A stretch of DNA of 63,872 nt, the filler included, from Thraustochytrium aureum (Eukaryota): assembly GCA_012862495.1 (NCBI GenBank). It is 6 parts of 4 records of this genome, joined end to end, with 100 filler letters (N's around TTAATTAATTAA, not from the genome) between each part and the next. Parts side by side here need not be neighbours in the genome. Positions count along the whole stretch, not along the records: positions 36,291 to 60,605 come from BLSG01000310.1; positions 60,706 to 63,872 come from BLSG01000311.1; 4 more parts are not named here. One strand, written 5' to 3'. A program made the position numbers and the translations under genes. Below, piece after piece: positions 59,680-63,872 of the stretch. Within the stretch, counting starts at the first letter, position 1, and each line of letters starts with the position of its first letter. The notes beneath the pieces were generated by a model that did no database searches, had not been told where the DNA came from, and worked only from the letters and a program-made list of their open reading frames with translations.

Positions 59680-60139
59680 CCACCCTGTTCCATTCACCCT
59701 AACACTTTTCAGTTACTATCAAAGCCCGAAGACTAAACGCACTTTACCATACCGGGAGCGCCTCTTCGGCCTTCTTTGGGCTCGCTTGGACGAGAAATCT
59801 GGGCCAACTCGCTCCTGCTTCGGTAGATTTCGCCAAGTCAGCATTGGAAGGCAGGACCCTTCCGGGTTGGTTGTGCCAGTAGCTGGCACGTTGGGTTGGC
59901 CGGCCGCACCTGGCGCGTCGCACCCCGTTTTTCTACGCCAGCGCCTCGCGAGCTCAGAGGCCTGCTCACGACAGCGTGGCCTCGCAATACCGCGCAACCC
60001 CAGCGACGACTCCGCGACGCCAGCCTTGTCCACGGACAGCGGCGAGGAGCAGGACCCTCACGAGGAGCTCGATCGGTTTGGTCGGGTGGTGGTGGTCGAT
60101 GGGGCAAGTATGGCTCACTCAACTCCCAGAAGACATGAC

Positions 60140-60310
60140 ACAGCAGAGGAGGACCAGATGAGGCCCATGCTCGGCTTGGGCGGGTTTGGAACAACTAAAG
60201 GACGCAAAAAGCCTCGCAAACGAGTCCGGGGCCGCACCCGGGGCCGTCGCTGGCACAGGCAACGCACGAACCGCACAGGCGGCTCGAGCATGTCGCCGGC
60301 CGTCAAGTGG
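60140..60310 (+). pseudogene. Degenerate SNRNP27 (U4/U6.U5 27 kDa)-like C-terminal fragment
   Basis: EEDQMRPMLGLGGFGTTKGRK...HRQRTNRTGG resembles the conserved M..GF..F.TTKGK...YRQYMNR.GGF, with substitutions. Confidence 0.45.
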
Positions 60311-60605
60311 GGTCAGGCATCGCGAGGTCTCATCAGACTTCGCAACAAAGTACAGATTTGGCCCGAACAAATCGGACAAGATGAAAGCGCAATCCGTTCC
60401 GAACCTGTGGAGAAGTTTGCTTGTTTGTTCAGAGTTTCGGTTGAAAGACCCTCGAGTCTGGGCAAGGCCCTTGCACGCGTCGATTGCAACGCCGATGAGC
60501 TACTCTCACCACGCTTATCGCTCTTGCCCGGGCGCGCAGACGCCGGCTTGCCACTTGCACACGCCAGAGGTCTGGCCGTTGCAAAAGGCCGCGTCCGCGA
60601 CCTTT

Positions 60606-60706
60606 NNNNNNNNNNNNNNNNNNNNNNNNNNNNNNNNNNNNNNNNNNNNTTAATTAATTAANNNNNNNNNNNNNNNNNNNNNNNNNNNNNNNNNNNNNNN
60701 NNNNNG
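60606..60706. other. Artificial scaffold linker
   Basis: TTAATTAATTAA at 60650-60661. Confidence 0.97.
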
Positions 60707-61336
60707 ATTCCCTGGTCCGCAATGGCACGAAAAGAATGGGACACTCTTGACGATACTGGACGTCAATAGCGCTGCGATTCCGCACTTGCTTGTTGGCTTG
60801 CGCGTCGTACCGTGGTCCGCGTGCTGCGCGCGCAGGACGACCAGGTTTCTTTCGCACGGGTCGTCGTCGCTGGGCGCCGAGCGCGGCCAGGCACCCTGCT
60901 GATGGACTGCAACTCGGTGTTTGCTGATGGACTGCAGCTCGGTGTTTGACGTTGGTGCACAGCTGGCCTCGAGGAGCACAGGCAAATTGCGCGACAAACG
61001 CGCTCTGCCCAACTCAACGCACGCAACTTTGCGCAGTCTGTCGGCGACCAAAAGGCTGCCGGATCGGGCCAGCTGCGCCGCGCGGTTCATGCTGCCTCCT
61101 TGACGCGGGTCGGCGCGCAAGCCGTCCCCGGCGCCGAGTCGGCCCAGCGCAGGCAAGCGCCGGAGCAGATCCTTGAGCGCTCGAGCAAGGCCGGGCACGA
61201 TGGGCGCGCTCTCGGGGCCGCGCCAGCGGCAAGCGCTCTTAAAAAGCCAGTTGCGCAGCGCGCTGCATCGGGCGGCCGCACGCAGAAAAGGCACGCGAGG
61301 TGTTTGATATTTTGGATACAAGCTCTAACCAGCTTG

Positions 61337-62194
61337 CTAGGCGGTTGTCGGGGCCGTCCACCCAGGCACTGTGGGTTTGGGCGTAGGCCGGGGCTGCACG
61401 GTCAGTTTGGGTGTCGGCGCCGTGCTCGGCGCGGTCGTCGGCTGCTTGGTCGGCCCCTGGGTGGGCCACAAAGTCGGCGCCTGGGTGGGCCACACAGTCG
61501 GCCAAGCCGTCGGCCCGGAACTTGGGGGCCGCAGTGGGAGTCAGCGAGGGTGCGACGCTCGGCGACTCACTCCGCGCAACTTCCGAGTTCGGCGAACGCG
61601 TGGGCTGCAGAGTTGTCTCCCTGGACGGCGTCGCGGTCGGTGTCGCGGTCGGCGAAGCGGTCGGCCTCGTGGTGGGCGCCGACGTGGGCGACAGGGTCGC
61701 GAAAAACTGCCAGGGGCAGTCGTCGCGCTCCTGGCAAACGAGGTCGTCCCAAACGCAGGCTTCGAAAAAGTCGCACGATGTCTCGCCAGACGCGCCTTTG
61801 GGGCAACCCTCCTGGGGCCGGTCGTAGCACTCGCAATACTCCTTGACAAAGCACTTTGACACTGCATAGTCCCAAGTGCAGCCATTCCTTGCCTTGCAGG
61901 CGCCTTCAGAGAACTGGAGGGTGCACCGTCCTTCCAAATTGCATTTCTCGGGCGGCGGGATGTCGCTGAGGTCCACCTCGTTGACAATCCCGCTCGCTTC
62001 CGATGCGCGAGCGGCGGGCTCGCCGCTGCCCTCGCCACTACCACCGGCGCTGGCGGCTGCCGCGATTACGCCAATGAAGGCCACGCACCCTACGGCGAGC
62101 CCGACCTTGACGAGCCGCTTGCCGCCTTCCGTCCGCGCGGCGTACCACTCGCGCGCGGCTTCCACGCGGGCCTGGCCCCACGCGGCCACCCCAG
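61337..62194 (-). CDS. Type II membrane surface protein with Cys-rich repeats and mucin-like PTxxPT tail (5' end in gap, frameshift near 61520)
   Basis: TM VGLAVGCVAFIGVIAAAASAG; C..C....C.W....C repeats; PTSAPTTRPTASPTATPT..., continuing PTAWPTVWPTQAPT in the alternate frame. Confidence 0.7.
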
Positions 62195-63420
62195 NNNNNN
62201 NNNNNNNNNNNNNNNNNNNNNNNNNNNNNNNNNNNNNNNNNNNNNNNNNNNNNNNNNNNNNNNNNNNNNNNNNNNNNNNNNNNNNNNNNNNNNNNNNNNN
62301 NNNNNNNNNNNNNNNNNNNNNNNNNNNNNNNNNNNNNNNNNNNNNNNNNNNNNNNNNNNNNNNNNNNNNNNNNNNNNNNNNNNNNNNNNNNNNNNNNNNN
62401 NNNNNNNNNNNNNNNNNNNNNNNNNNNNNNNNNNNNNNNNNNNNNNNNNNNNNNNNNNNNNNNNNNNNNNNNNNNNNNNNNNNNNNNNNNNNNNNNNNNN
62501 NNNNNNNNNNNNNNNNNNNNNNNNNNNNNNNNNNNNNNNNNNNNNNNNNNNNNNNNNNNNNNNNNNNNNNNNNNNNNNNNNNNNNNNNNNNNNNNNNNNN
62601 NNNNNNNNNNNNNNNNNNNNNNNNNNNNNNNNNNNNNNNNNNNNNNNNNNNNNNNNNNNNNNNNNNNNNNNNNNNNNNNNNNNNNNNNNNNNNNNNNNNN
62701 NNNNNNNNNNNNNNNNNNNNNNNNNNNNNNNNNNNNNNNNNNNNNNNNNNNNNNNNNNNNNNNNNNNNNNNNNNNNNNNNNNNNNNNNNNNNNNNNNNNN
62801 NNNNNNNNNNNNNNNNNNNNNNNNNNNNNNNNNNNNNNNNNNNNNNNNNNNNNNNNNNNNNNNNNNNNNNNNNNNNNNNNNNNNNNNNNNNNNNNNNNNN
62901 NNNNNNNNNNNNNNNNNNNNNNNNNNNNNNNNNNNNNNNNNNNNNNNNNNNNNNNNNNNGCCTTGCTGTAGCTGTGACCACGGGGCTGAGAGTACGGGGA
63001 AAGGCTTGGCTGCCTCCCACCGCGACGAGCGGCGTAGCGATCTCACTGCACGCGGTATTTTCGATGCTCGGCCTGCCAGGCCAAGGCCAGTCTGCTTGTC
63101 TGCCCGTGTCTGCTGTTGTTCCTACGAAGCCAAGAGCACGGAGGCCAAGAGATGGATGGTATAAGTACCTTTCTAGAGTACTCCTCTACCGACAACAAGA
63201 ACAGTATGTGCATGTGGTGGTGCACGGCTGGAGGCCGAAAGAAGGATGAAGTGGAGCGGAGAGGCCGAGCACCCCGCACATTCCAGTCGCGTGGCAAAAA
63301 AGCTCTTTGTTGAACCAAAAAGGATGTGAACCTGCGCAAGCCCGGGCTGCGCAGCGGCCCTCGGCTTCGCGGTCGGCCACGAGGCTTTCTTTCGCGCAGG
63401 TCCCAGCTGCATTGATTTCC

Positions 63421-63461
63421 CCATCCATCCATCCACCCATCCACCATCCATCCATCCATCC
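63421..63461. repeat. (CCAT)n microsatellite
   Basis: Imperfect CCAT tandem array. Confidence 0.85.
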
Positions 63462-63872
63462 ACTTTGAAGATGGCGGCCACCACGAGCATGCATGGCGGC
63501 GTCCAATCCTGCGAGTTTCTCCGTGTGGGGTGCGAATAACGAGGCTGGACGCCACATCGTTTTGCAAGGAATGGATGAAGGAAGGAACAGATGCAATCAC
63601 ACATCATGGATGGATGAAGGAGCGAATGCACGCACGAGTCCCATTGGCTGCTACACCACGGCCCGACTCCTCGGCCGCCTGCCCGCATATGCACGCCACG
63701 CAAGCAGGACCATGCATGCACGAGCCGACGCGCGCGCACGCACGCACTCACTCGGCGAGGGCACTCCCCACTGCCTTCGCGGCGATCGATCGCATGCACC
63801 GCCGCCGGGGAGTTGCGCCGAGAGGGCGCGAGGCGCGGGGAAACAGGCGCACTCCAGGCTCCCGGCGGAGAA

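Noticed and set aside
5013..60706. Five recurring TTAATTAATTAA palindromes as biological repeats or att sites
   Set aside because: Each sits at the centre of a ~100-nt N block and stops all six frames, which marks an assembly concatenation linker.
1..63872. CRISPR arrays, rRNA or tRNA genes, transposase or reverse transcriptase ORFs
   Set aside because: None recognised by eye. About a fifth of the window is N, so absence is not certain.

Overview
This window is not one contiguous locus. It is six scaffold pieces joined by artificial N-TTAATTAATTAA-N linkers: about 1-5012, 5113-15959, 16060-22891, 22992-36190, 36291-60605 and 60707-63872. It also has many internal N gaps and single-base homopolymer frameshifts. 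Pieces 1 and 2 are dense, apparently intronless and giant-DNA-virus-like (Nucleocytoviricota or Mirusviricota). They carry an A22/RuvC-type Holliday junction resolvase, a viral-type family B DNA polymerase with a Mimivirus-type intein at YGD|TDS, an IQ+U-box-like protein, a CREST/TMEM8-like membrane protein, a membrane-anchored HIT protein and several orphan membrane proteins. Pieces 3-6 are GC-rich, intron-poor eukaryotic nuclear DNA from a flagellated protist, probably a thraustochytrid or other labyrinthulomycete (inference). They carry TRM61, an SF-assemblin-like gene, B9D1, LRR-SPRY, CLASP, COPA, an acyl-CoA thioesterase, an epsin, a WW-RGS-PH-EDR2C protein, D-glutamate cyclase, an SDR, DTWD1 and a SHAQKYF MYB. 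The standouts are the GC-rich giant virus co-assembled with this host, its intein-bearing and possibly split polymerase, and a bacterial-effector-type NEL E3 ubiquitin ligase with an intact CxD motif among host genes. All family calls are from motif recognition by eye; no searches were run.
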